NCBI RefSeq assembly: GCF_009914755.1
Contig: NC_060934.1
DNA: 64,000 bases
Origin: the human T2T-CHM13v2.0 reference genome, Homo sapiens
Direction: 5' to 3' (one strand)
In this document: positions 39,319-53,610 of the stretch, piece after piece
How the letters are laid out: every line of letters begins with the position of its first letter
How positions within the stretch are numbered: the stretch's first letter is position 1
The notes under the pieces: generated by a model
Seen by the model: the letters and a program-made list of their open reading frames with translations, nothing else
What the model was told of the DNA's origin: nothing
Databases searched by the model: none
Made by a program: the position numbers and the translations under genes

Positions 39319-41914
39319 CTAAAATTAAAAAGAGAGAAAAATAAGCTATGGTTAGGACACTTGATCAGTATTCATTAAGAATAAAATTTGGAGAAAAATA
39401 AAAGTTGCTTGAGATTTAAAAATATGGCCCATCACAATTCTAACATAAACAGAGGCCCACAATTCAGATGAACTCCTTTAGCCATATGGATGTATGACAG
39501 ACCGCAGGTCTTTGTTCAGTCAGTACTGAGCCGAAATAACCAAATTCTTACCAGTAGAACCATATATCACAAAGAGAAATAAAAAAATCAGGAAGTATCA
39601 CCAGAATTTTGGAAGGCTACAAGGAAGAAATAAATTCACATGAAGTAGCATGAGAAACTTTTTTCTTTCTTCCTCTTCCAGCTGTTTCCATGGTTTTAAT
39701 CTCAAACTTAGAATGCTCTGAGAGATTATGTTCTCTCTCTGGGAAAATTAGGTGGGATTAAAAATACCAGTGCCTTATTCAAAGCAACAATCTGGTTCTG
39801 AGCTGAGAATGGCAGGTGCAATTAGAATACTCAATTCATTAAAAAAATTGAAAGTCATCCTAAAATTTTAGAATCTCTGTTTCTACCATCGTTGATGTTG
39901 GTACTTTATGAGGCAGTGGAGGTGGGAAGATGATTAACCATTCGACCACCAAAACTAAATGAAGTCAATGCTCCAAAGTCCTCGTGGGGAGCCGCCAGCG
40001 CAACATCAGCCATGCACAGGAGGCTGGGGATGCTGTACCAAAACCCAGCACATGTGGGTCCCTGAGGGCTGCGCTGGGCCAGGCCCATCTGCACTGTGTC
40101 AGCTGCTTTCAAACAGGGTGCTTAGGAAGGAAAGTGCTAAATTACAGAGGCACAGAAGCATGAGATTAGAACAAAAATTAAAAGAATCTCGCGTGTCTGT
40201 AAGAGACAATGGTGAGATAAAGCTCAACCAAGTAAGTCTGTCTAATGTGGCTATTTGGCAGAACCATGGAAAACAGAGTGAAGCTGTGTCTTGGTGACCG
40301 AGTTATCCAGAGTGAGTGGCCCATGTTGAGAGATGCCAGCCCAGAGGGAAGGACAAGAAACACAGAGATTAAAGCACTCAGCCAGAAGCATCTCGCACAG
40401 TCTCCAGCGTGAGGGTGAACCTGGGAAGGGCATCTTCTCGAACATCATGCAAGGGACTACCAGGAAGGAAGGGGTGGTCTCTTTATGTATGTTCATCCTG
40501 ACATTTTGGTATTTTACACATGATTTGTAATGTATATTATAACATTATCTTTAAGTTTGTAAGTTTACGAATAAAATTTTTACAGGTTTTCTAGTAATAG
40601 GAAATATCTTTGTTTCTTGTGAGAAAATAAGGTCAGGATAAATAATTGGCATAACAGAGCATTCAGAAACACTTGTCTCAAAAAATATATATTAAGACTA
40701 GAGCTTATATTAGCAATCCAGTTAGAAAAACTAGGGGGGACTTTCATTATGAAGTTCATTGAACAATAGAAACTCAACAAGAAGTCTCTGAGTGGTAGAT
40801 TACCTCAGCCAATTATTCAAGCAAATAGAGTAGGATGTAATTTGTGATGGGGACTAATGTTTAAATTTGGCAAGGCTGGGGTTCTCTACTGCTACTTACC
40901 GAGGTCTTCTCCACGAGATGCATGCTGGTTATGATTTCCTGTTGGTGATAAAAACGGCTAATCATGGTATAAAACTCTTGTTCCACGTTGAAGTCATAAA
41001 AGTGAATTAGACTCGAAGAACCATGTGATGAAGAAAGGAGTTATTTAAGGCACTAGAAAGGCTATCTGTGTAATTAATATGTCATTCTGGCCTGGATGTT
41101 AATCTGGAAAAATTGGGAAAATCATATCTCAGGGGGCAAAAGTTTAATTTGCTCTATTTGTGATCAATTTTCACCATTGAACACCTGCACTGATGATTCA
41201 GGAGGAGACGTGAACAACAGGGTGACTACACCCTGACAGAACTCAGAGGAGAGACGGAAGCAAAACCAGGGAGAACAGAAAGCTCGCAGTGTGGCTTTAG
41301 GCAGAGAAATACCTTGGAAAGGTGAAGTAAGAGATAATGTTGACAAATAACTGAGTCCCACCAGCGTCTTCAGTGTATTTGACAGATGAGAGCAAATTAA
41401 GCGTGATTTGTGATTTTGAAATGCAGTAATAAAAAGGACTCCCTTGGGTTATTGAGAGGAAGGACTGTACTATTGAAAACACGAAATGCTTCAAATGCAC
41501 TGTCTTGGCCAGTCTTTAAAACGCCATTTGGCAAGCCAGTGAAGAGAAAGACCTGAAATTAGAATGAGTGTGTTGGCTCTTCTTTCCTCTTGCCTAAGTG
41601 GTGTCTGAGTTTGACTACCTTGTGTGTCTTCTCTTCCTTCTGAAAATGGACAAAGTTCAAATGGAAGCCAAATCCCTTCCCAACAGAGTCCCCCAGGGAG
41701 CTTCAGACCCAGATCTGGCAGGACCAGCAAGGGCTGTGTCCCTGCTCTCTAGGCCCCGCCTGGCCCCTTCAGTGCCAGGTCCTGCTGCTTCACACAGCAG
41801 ATGGCAGTCATTTCACAAACACCATACAGCAAACAAGCGTGAGGGTGTCCTGGCCCTGGTCCTCCACACCCAGGGTTTTGTGTCTTTAACACACACACGA
41901 GCCCCGAAACTGAC

Positions 41915-42003
41915 CTTGTCTTCTTTGTCTCCATCCCGGCTCTTCTGGGCCCGCAGCATCAGGGCAGGAGGGCGGGCCACTCGGCCCCGCTCTGTCCTTG
42001 TAT
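41915..42003 (-). CDS. TCERG1L: TCERG1L internal coding exon (about exon 5), 89 nt, (D)TRTERGRVARPPALMLRAQKSRDGDKEDK
   Basis: Minus strand: acceptor ggcccaacag|AT, donor AAG|gtcagt. Starts phase 1, ends phase 0, and joins the next exon in frame. Confidence 0.92.
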
Positions 42004-45000
42004 CTGTTGGGCCAAAGCAGTTGTCATTAACATTTCATTTGTCACAGTAGTTTGGAAAACCTAAGCAATCAAAGACAAAAAGTGGCCCTGAAGATTAGAA
42101 TTGGTCAGTAGACACTGTGCATTCCACAGAAAGGTGGCATTGCCCTGTCCTTGGGTTGAAGTCTAGTGACAAAGTTCTCATCCCAAAGCGAGGATGCACC
42201 TGACAATGGGTTTGCAGGGGCCAGAGGCCTGGGCACACACATGCACCTCTGGACTCCCCAGCCCGACCTCCCGGCATCCCTCTCCTGTGCCTGTGTGTGC
42301 AGGCAGTGTTCACTCCACCCTGGACTCAGCCTCTTGGACAAGCAGGAAACAAGCCCAAAAGTGGGAGGCCCGAGACTTGGCTGTTGTCCATCTGGTGACA
42401 ATCACCAGGGTGAGGCTGTGACAACCCTCACACTCGCAGCCCAGTGGGCCCAGGGTGGGAGTGCTGTGCCCAGGTGTGTGGATGTCTTGGGGCTGCTCTC
42501 TCGCATTGTGGGGCCCCCAGTGCGCTGGGCAGTCAGGAGCCTCCTCCAGTGATGCCAACCTGCCCCCTGGACTCCATCTATGCCCAGGCTGGGTGCCATC
42601 TAAAACACTGTTGGCCAAGCCTTGTGAACTGGGCCACGTGGGTCACAGATGAATAGGACACAGGACCTTCCCAAGAAGGACAAAGGGCCAGTGTAGGACA
42701 ACAGAACCAGCCTTGCTGAGGTTCTGCCAGCTGGTGGCCATGATGGGCTGCCCTTGGTCCTGGCCCTGCCAAGGGGACAGGAGGGGCTATGTGCAGGCCA
42801 CACCGCCAGTGACCGTGGCTTACTGGCCGCCATGGTGGGCCCTGGTTTTTCCAGGGGGCCGGACCCACAGCACTTGGAAAGGTGCTTGTTTCAGGGGAGG
42901 AAGGGATTCTGCAAATTCCCAAAGATTGTTACTTTTTTGTCTTCTCCAAAAATGTCTATCTAACTCTCAAAATTTTGCAAGTAGATTCAGGGAAAAACAG
43001 TAAAGCAAGGTTGAGCTCTGTTTTAATACCAAGAATAAAAAGAAGGACCCAAACCATCTAACCACACACCAACCTAAAACAATAGATAAGTTCTCAAAGG
43101 AAAGCCCTGGCCAGGTCTCATGGGTGTGCAGGGCAGGACCCTTGGGAAGCAGAGATTTGTTTAGCTTGATCCAGAGCTCAAGACTGGGCAGTGCAGTCAG
43201 GGAGGCCTGGGTATGCTCCTTCCTGGTAGACGGAAGGATGGGGAATTAACGTAAATCACTTTATACGTGTGTGCACACAACACACAGGTGCGTATATGCA
43301 CACACACACATAGAAAGGATGTCCTCTGGCCCCTTCAAGCTACACGTCTGTGCTTGAAGGGGGTGAAAGGCAAGACTGGGGGTCCCACTGGCACACCCCA
43401 CCTTCTAGCCTTTCTTCCTTGCCCCACTGCAAACTGGGGCCCCTCTGCAGCTCCGGGAAGGAGATTTGCATAGCTCTGCATGGGGCCAGCTGTCATGTCC
43501 TCCGTGGGCATTGGCACCTGTCTGGCTTGCGGCTGCAGAGCCAGGTGGTCTGCAAGGCATCCCTCCCCAGCACCCTTGGGAGGAAGCCCCTCATTTGAGT
43601 TGGGTCAATCAGCAAATTTATTTCAGGTGCGGAGCAGCAACACTAAGGCAGCCCAGACGTGAGCCGGAGGCCCCATCCCCGGAGGTGCTGAGTTCGGATG
43701 AGGCAGAAACACAGCATTCCACCCCTGACTCCCCTCCATCCAGTGAGCGGGTGGAGGAATGCCCAGCCTGTCCACCTCTTTCACTCTGCACAGCGCCCTG
43801 CTGGGCAGGCTCTCCCCAGGGCTGGGTGGCTGGTCTGCCCTTAGTGCCGGCTGCTGGCAAATAGGCTGAGCAGGGATCCCTGAGGGCGCCGGCCTCCTCC
43901 GTCATTGCCACTTTACGAGGGTGTCCACACAGAGTCTACACTGCACACTCTTCCTTCACAAGAGGCCTGCCAAGGCCGACCACAGGGCTCCCATACAGCC
44001 ATGACCACCCCAAGAGACGCCCTCAGGCCTGACAGCTGCGTGCACAGGTCTATTTCAAGGTTGGCCTTGGGGAAGGGACTATCGGCTTTTCACTGAGCCA
44101 GGTAACCAAGCCTGAGTCAAGAAAAGATTTCAGGACAGTGGAAATATTTTACTGTCACTCAGGAAGACAAGCAGAGTCCCTGGATTGCATTAAGATTTCC
44201 GGAACTCTGTTAAGAATTACTCCCAGAGCCCATTCTTGTCAAGGTGCAGCGGTCATCAAGCAGCCTGGACACCGGGTCTCTGTCCTGATCCTGCAGGGTC
44301 GTCCTGTCCCCACCCCATCTCTGCCTCCTCATCTACAAGATGGGATTAGCTGGTCACTACCTCTATGCCACAGAAAGGGGCAAGCAGATGGGGACACAGC
44401 CATGCCCTGGGGAACCCTCATTAAAAAAACCCAGGGCTCTGTCCCTCTGCCTCCATCCTGCAGACACCAGAAGCAGCCCCCTGACTGAGGCACAAGGGGG
44501 CACACAAAGGAAGCTGAGCCCACCGTTCCCCTGCCCTCACAGACCCAACGCAAAGCAGGCCCAAGCGATGGGACGAGGGAAGTTAAACTTGGTGATTCAA
44601 TGACCCAGCACTCCACATATTTCACGACTGCTCTGAGACCTATTTTTTGACTGGATATGAGTGGATGGCTTTTTACTACCTAAGAATGAGCCAAAAGTGA
44701 ATTGGTTTAAATTTTATCTAAAGTACAGCAAAGAGCAAGTCCCAGGGAGGAAGTCTGGAGGGGTCGTGCACGGAAAGCTGAGGTTGTGTTTTAATTATAT
44801 GCCACACACTCTATGTTTTCAATATGGCAGGTGCCTATAAAACACACAGCAATCTCAGTAGCAGAAATGCACGTCTGCATCTTCTACGAGCATGTAAATA
44901 AATACACATTGTGAAAAACTGTGTTAGGAACACTGGCAGCCTGCGAGGAGGCCGTAAGCCCATAATACTGTTCTCAAATGACAGCATTGCCTAGTTTACT

Positions 45001-45984
45001 CCCCATTACCTTGAGAAAACATATTAAGATATTTTTCATATTGAAAACAGTTGATCTTGTAAAAAATCAGATCTTAAAGTCTGGCTTTTGAGATAAACGG
45101 ATTTACATTGTTCCTCATGAGTGCTTCTTAGAGGAGATATTGTTGATGATCATTTTAAAGCCCCCAGTCACAGACACACACCCCGGAATACCTGCGACAA
45201 ATGTTTGTGCCTTGCCCTAAATAGTTTTCCTAATAACCGGCACTCTTTCACAGTCACTGATTTTGCAGGTACCTTGGAGGTGTGTGGGTGGCACCAGGGG
45301 CTCACACACATAATTGGGTCTGCGTGTCAGCCATTCCACCGTGGAAGTGCTTATTCTACGGCTCTCCGGGGGCCACTTCCAGGGTCCACTCTGACATGCT
45401 TAAGTACTCTTTGCTTTGGGCCTCTCCACAAACTCTGATGATGTTGTCATAAACTCCTCCCTTGAGTGGCAGACAGAACTAGTTTATGGAGGAAAATCAA
45501 CAAGTGTAAGACCATGGGCGCTAAAGTACTTCGGGGAGCATGCAATGTATTTCCGCCCTCCGAGAGAGGCACGGCGGTAATACCTTTCTGGGCAATGCCT
45601 CTATTGATCAAACCCAGCTCTGAGATGTGAAGTGCTCCCCAGCTCCCCAGTGCCCTTCAATGTAATTTTCCTCCTGGCAGTGATGAGAGACAAAGAGAAC
45701 TGAGAAGGTCGCATGAAGTCTGGAAGGAAGCAAAAAAGCCTGTGCTAAAAACTCCCACGCCAGTCAGCTGACAAGCATTTATTCACTGCTCTTATAGAGT
45801 CCAGCACGACCGTCCTTGCTGGTGGGGAAGAAGTGAGAGGAAGTACTGTGAGCAATTAGACACTCCTCTCCTCCTCTCTCAAAGGGCCGCAGGGACTGGG
45901 GAGGGCATCCAGGGGAAAAGTATTCAACACCAGCCTCTTGAAGTCAAACTGGGCAACGAAATATCTCTTTAAGAAAAGTGTGGC

Positions 45985-46323
45985 GGCCGGGCGCCGTGGC
46001 TCACACCTATAATCCCAGCACTTTGGGAGGCCGAGGTGGGCGGATCACGAGGTCAAGAGTTCAAGACCAGCCTGGCCAAGATGGTGAAACCCTGTCTCTA
46101 CTAAAAATACAAAAATTAGCTGGGCATGGTGGTGTATGCCTGTAATCCCAGCTACTCAGGAAGCTGAAGCAGAGAATTGCTTGAACCTGGGAGGCGGAGG
46201 TTGCAGTGAGCTGAGATCACGCCACTGCATTCCAGCCTGGGTGACAGAGCGAGGCTCCATCTCAAACAAAAACAAAAACAAAAACACACACCAAAAAAAA
46301 AAAAAGAAAGGAAGAAAGAAAGA
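45985..46323 (+). mobile_element. AluS (Sg-like) element
   Basis: Full dimer. TSD aagaaaagtgtgg at 45971-45983 and 46324-46336. Confidence 0.97.
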
Positions 46324-46702
46324 AAGAAAAGTGTGGAAAGAAAAACTGTCCTATCTCCTGGGCAAGTCTTAGCTTCAGAAACTCTTGGAACTCAGCAATC
46401 AATTCGCCCTGTTTCCCTGAAAGAAGCGGGAGGTGGGTTTGCTTGTGCCTGACCCGGGGTCAGGGTCCTGGAAGCTTTTCCGTATTGCGCTTCTCAGTCA
46501 TTAATCCAGGCCCGAGGCACCTGTTCTCCTAGAGTGCCTGGAAGGTGAAGACTCAAAGGTATCATCATCACCTGGGGTCAGGCCTCAGCTCAAAGGCAGC
46601 ACCAGGATGCGGGTCCAGTTGATGGCATATGCCATGTAGTCATCACACACCCTAAGACCAGCAAATGCTTCTTACATTGAATGAAGTATCAGGAATTTAT
46701 TT

Positions 46703-47002
<300 letters not shown>

Positions 47003-47342
47003 TAACATTCAAAAGAGTTTGTTTCTTTAAAAATTATTAAAATAAAGAACTACTCTAGGAAGTCAAAAGTGTCTAACTCATCAAAAAGTTATTAGAAATA
47101 TATCAGTATCTCCCAATGCAAAAAGTAATTCTGAAAGTCAGTCCAATTTTAATTCCATAAATATTGACCTCCTTTGACCTCAGTTTCCTCATCCATAAAA
47201 GAAACTGTCTTGATTCTCTTCCAGTTCTGGGATTCCAAGTGTCAACATGATATCTGGAAGCGTGTGGAGTAAATCCCAAAGGAACTGGAGTTGCAGCCCT
47301 CACCATGAGGCTGTAAGAACATGCGTCTTCTGGTTTCCTGCC

Positions 47343-47460
47343 CGGGGAGGAGGGGAACCCGGGGAAGTGAATGGACCCCACGGGGGAGGAGGGGAACCCG
47401 GGGAAGTGAATGGACCCCACGGGGGAGGAGGGGAACCCAGGGAAGTGAATGGGCCCCAAG
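47343..47460. repeat. G-rich minisatellite, 3 x 39 bp
   Basis: ggggaggaggggaacccggggaagtgaatggaccccacg repeated, third copy slightly diverged. Confidence 0.96.
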
Positions 47461-47936
47461 GAACAGGGAGAGAGAATTTCACCTTTCTATTCTGAAAGCC
47501 GAGAGCAACCGCTCATGCATTTGAAACCAACCTCCTCTGATGATCTTGGAACTAGGCAGGAAATCTCTTAGGCTGAGGAGGGCGTTGACCCACAGATGGT
47601 CTCCACCACCCCTGAGGCTGGAGGAAACTGGGAGGGCTTGGAGTTCTCGATTGTTGTAGACTACAGCCATTATGAAAAGGGTTCATGAGGAGCATCCATA
47701 TCACGCGTGCTCCACGCGCGCTGGCTCCGCTCGCAGCTGGGAGCAGACCCTGAGACCAGCTCACACGAGCCTTGCTTGGTTGGACATGCACGCCTGTCCA
47801 GTCGCCTCCATTCTTGGGGAGAACACCCAGGCCTGTGCCAGCCATGATGGTGGTAGGGTGGCAGGAGCCAACCGGGAGTCACTGGAGCCCTGTTTCTGTG
47901 TTTGTCACAATCTAGTGACCCCATTTCCATATATGA

Positions 47937-48309
<373 letters not shown>

Positions 48310-51300
48310 TGAATGATATTTTAATCTTGCCTACTGCCTCCCTGGAAGCACCCTTCTGAAATAATTTCCAAGATGCTGAGATAAAGTAGGCACACTGATC
48401 TCATTTAACAACTGAGAAAAGCAGACTAGGTGAGCATTTTCTAGATTATAAAGTAACCCAGTAGGGAGGGCACAAATTATCCGTCAATTTAACCGGTACT
48501 GAGCTCCTTTGAAAAATTTGATAATAAAATAAGGGGAAAATGCAATTTATGGCTAAGGTAATAAAAATAACACAGTCAGGGCCCGTTGTATATGGTCCTG
48601 AATGAGGCGTGGTGACTGCATTGATTTTCCGAGTCAGCCTCTTCAATGAGAACCAAAGTATCTAAGGGAACCCTGCCCCTGGGAAGGTGCCTGCGTGCCA
48701 TCTTCATGCTGAGTGTCAGATTCACAAGAGTTGCCAGCCCCGGCGCAAGGCGGAAGCAGGAGAGACATAGATTTCAGGGGTTAAAAACAAGAGAAGCCCA
48801 GGGGCCTGAGGGGCTCTTGAATGGAAGGGGTGCCATGTAGTGCAGGGAAGGTTGGTGGCAGCTGGGAGCAGAGAGGCACGGCCTGGAGGTGCCTCCCTAA
48901 ATGCCCTTCTCCAGGGCCTGCCCCTCTACACAGAACCTGGCACAGTGTCCTCCAGATGATGTCAGGAAAGCCAAATCCCGCTGGTGAGGAGCTGGTGAAA
49001 GGGGAGACTGTGCAGCTACCTGGACAGTCTCCCCCTGTCCAGAGCTCCCCCTGGCAGCTCAGGACTGGGAAGGAGGGAGGAGGGTGTGGGACCAAACCCC
49101 TCAAGAAGCCCCTCCCCCAGCAGGGCTTTTGACTGCTACCGGAGGGGATGGAGTCGGAGTGGCAGGTGCTCCCTAGGGGTCCGGAAGAGCCAGGGTCCTC
49201 TGGTCCATCCCCACATCTCACCACAGGATGTACAGGTGGTGGCCTTGCTCCCCTTAGTGTCTGCTGCACAGACCTGCTGACCTGCCTGGAATATGAGGCC
49301 ACAGTCAGATGCCTGCTGCCGCCTCAGGAGGACAGCACTGGGGGCTGCCAGCACTGGGGCAGGAGGGTGGTGGCACCTCTGACAGAGCACCACACCCCAG
49401 CACACAGGACAAGCCCAGCATCACGCCCGGCCGCACAGGCTGAAACCCCACAGTGGGGCCGTTTCCCTGGGAGCCTCCTTGAAGCTGGCGCAGGTCTTCC
49501 TGGGCCCTGCTCAGTAGGCCAGGAGGACGCCAGCTGGCTGGGCTGCTGTGCGGTTGGAGAGGGCTCAGGTCAGCCAGGGCTCCAGAGGTCCCCTGGTGGG
49601 GGCTGGGCTGCAGGCAGGGCCCACCGCTGCAGCTCCGCCCGCCTCTCCCTCTCACCCGCCCGTTCCCCAGCAAAGCCTGGTTCCTGAGATCCCACAGCAC
49701 CTCGTTGAACTCCACTATAAATGGAGATAATTTTCATATAAACAGCAAATCATTTCTGAGTCCTCCTAAATTTTTCATGGGTAGTGATTTCAGAGTTGAC
49801 AAGCTGCAGAGAATTAATTTTCCACCCATTTTTAACATCCTGAATTTCCCCTTGCAAGAACAAAGGGTTGTAAAATGCTCAGACCAGAGAACCAGAGCGT
49901 GGCTTCCTCCACAAGAAGGGGTCTCAGTACCGAGAGGCAACTCCACCTTTTAACAGGACTCAGCCCGATCATGAGAATTTGCCTCATCATGGGACTCCAC
50001 CCCTGCAACCTGAACTCACCCTGTTACCTGAACCCACCCCTCTAATAGGACCTCAACCCTGCAGCCTGAACCCACCCCAATAATGGGACCCCACCCCCGC
50101 AATTGGTCTCTGTCCTCCATCCCCAGCCAGAGTCCAGATTTTCTCTGTGGGTCTGTCTGACCAGCAGATCTGTTTGACCAGCAAGAGAATCTGGTGTCAC
50201 GGCTAGACAGAATGGCCTGCGGAGGTGGTGGGACATTTTCACCAGCGTGATCCAGGGCCTGGGGCACTCTGCTTCTCTGATGAAGGCAGGCTTCTGACAA
50301 AGAGGCCAGCTCCAGGTTGGAGATGCAGGAAGTGCTGCACCCAGCAGAGTGAGCTTTGGGATCCGAGGGTAAAAGGAGTGGAGATGACGGCACCAGCAAC
50401 CTGGTTGTCAGCAAAGGCAGTGAGGAGAGCCCAGTGCCTGCCTCACCCGGTGCGGCACGCTTGCACGGAGGCATGCCTGCAGGGTGGCATATCAGGGCCT
50501 ATGGGGAAAACCATCTTCAATGCTCTGTCCCTCCAAGAGAGCTATTCCCAAGTCACCTGGGCACTGCAGCCCACCGCAGGGGCAGGCTTGTCCCACTGGG
50601 TCCAGAGGAAGCTGACACCCGAGCACCAGCTCTGCCCCAGGAGGGAGCCACAGAGCCAGTTCCCTGCCCACCTCTGACCTCAATACACGTGTGTTTAATG
50701 AGTAAATGAATGAGCTGATGGTGAGTCCCACGCAATTCACAAATTACGCTCAAAGTTCTCATCTTTATCCAAAGTAGGGATGTTAAAAGCAAAAGAGACA
50801 TATTAAACCAGACAATTTCTATAAGAAAAGAAATAAAAATTCCAAGCACTCTTGTGTCAGGTACATAGTGAGCCAAGTAGGACTTTACCCCAACCTTGGA
50901 CCAAGAAAAGAAGAGATGGCTAGATGGAGGAGGAGGAGAAGGTGGAGGTTGGGACAGAGACAGAAACGAAGACAGGGATTGAGATAGAGGTGCAGACAGG
51001 AAGCGGGGAGGAAGGCAATAGAGATTCATGTGAACTTGTAGCCATCATTTAAAACATTTTCCTGAAACTTTTTTTCAAAGCATAAATCCATTTCACAGTA
51101 CCAGGCTGAGCTATTTAAGCAACGCCCACCTTTCAAGGCAGTGCGAAAAATACAGCTGCCGACAGACGGAGAGCTTCAGTCTGTCGCTTCGTCGAGCCCT
51201 CCGGGTGCTAGAGCAAGCACCCAGCAGTGGGTGTCCCTCCAAATGGGTTGTCACGAAAGTCACAGCTGGGCTCAAGACTGCTGTTACTTTGGGTGCTTGA

Positions 51301-51344
51301 GCTGGACCAGGGCCTCTGGTGCCCATCCGAGAGGCCAATGCTGC

Positions 51345-53610
51345 ACACACAGATACCCGTGCACACACACAGAGACGGATGCACACACAGACACGTGTAC
51401 ACACACCAAGAAACATGCACACACAGAGACACATGCACACACAGACACGTGCACACCCACAGAGATAGGCACATACAAAGAGGCACATGCACACACACCA
51501 AAACACATGCACACACACCATGACATGTGCACATACACCAAGACACATGTACAGAGATACGTGTACACACACCAAGAAACATGCACACACAGACACGTGT
51601 ACACACACCAAGAAACATGCACACACAGAGACACATGCACACACAAACACGTGTACACCCACAGAGATAGGCACATACAAAGAGGCACGTGCACACACAC
51701 CAAAACACATGCACACACACAGAGACACATGCACACACCATGACATGTGCACATACACCAAGACACATGTACACACAGAGATACATGTACACACACCAAG
51801 AAACATGCACACACAGACACGTGTACACCCACAGAGATAGGCACATACAAAGAGGCACATGCACACACACCAAAACACATACACCAAGACACATGTACAC
51901 ACAGAGATACACGTACATACACAGAGACACATGCACACACAGACACGTGTACACACAGGCACACACAAAGAGACACGTGCACACACACCAAAACACATGC
52001 ACACACAGAGAGACACAGGCACACACACCAAGACATGTGTACACAGACACATGCACACAGAGACACGTGCACACACAGACATGTGTACACACACAGTGTA
52101 CACACACAGAGATAGGAACACACAGAGACACGTGCACACACACCAAAACACATGCACACACAGACACATTCACACACACCAAGATACATGCACACAGACA
52201 CATGAACACACACCAAGACACGTGTACACATAGACACATGCACACACAGATACGTGTATACACAGACACATGCACACACACAGACATGTATACATACACA
52301 GAGACACATACACACACAGACGCATGTACTCACAGAGACACATGCACACACAGACACGTGTACAGAGATATGCACACACACAGACACGTGTACACACACC
52401 AAGAAACATGCACACACAGAGACACATGCACACACAAACATGTGTACACCCACAGAGATAGGCACAAAGAGGCACGTGCACACACACCAAAACACATGCA
52501 CACACACAGAGACACATGCACACACCATGACATGTGTACATACACCAAGACACATGTACACACAGAGATACGTGTACACACACCAAGAAACATGCACACA
52601 CAGACACGTGTACACCCACAGAGATAGGCACATACAAAGAGGCACGTGCACACACACCAAAACACATGCACACACACAGAGACACGTGCACACACACCAC
52701 GACATGTGCACATACACCAAGACACATGTACACACAGAGATACGTGTACACACACCAAGAAACATGCACACACAGACACGTGTACACACACCAAGAAACA
52801 TGCACACACAGAGACACATGCACACACAAACACGTGTACACCCACAGAGATAGGCACATACAAAGAGGCACGTGCACACACACCAAAACACATGCACACA
52901 CACAGACACGTGCACACACACCAAGACATGTGCACATACACCAAGACACATGTATACACAGAGATACACGTACACACACAGAGACACATGCACACACAGA
53001 CATGTGTACACACAGAGAGATAGGCACACACAAAGAGACACGTGCACACACACCAAAACACATGCACACACAGAGAGACACAGGCACACACACCGTGTAC
53101 ACAGACACATGCACACAGAGACACGTGCACACACAGACATGTGTACACACACAGAGTGTACACACACAGAGATAGGAACACACAGAGACACGTGCACACA
53201 CACCAAAACACATGCACACACAGACACATTCACACACACCAAGATACATGCACACAGACACGTGAACACACACCAAGACACGTGTACACATAGAGACACA
53301 TGAACACACACCAAGACACGTGTACACACAGACACATGCACACACAGATACGTGTATACACAGACACATGCACACACACAGACGTATACACACACAGAGA
53401 CACATACACACACACGTACTCACAGACACATGCACACACAGACACGTGTACACACAGAGATATGCACACACACAGACACGTGTACACAGAGACACATGGA
53501 CACACACAGACATGCACACACAAAGACACATGCAGACACAAGCACACATATATGAAGAGACACACATGTACACTACACACACACAGGCACACACATGCCC
53601 ACGCAGACAC
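51345..53610. repeat. Complex CA-rich minisatellite with higher-order structure
   Basis: Recurrent modules such as cacagagataggcacatacaaagaggcac, cacaccaagaaacatgcac and cacaccaaaacacatgcac. Confidence 0.97.
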
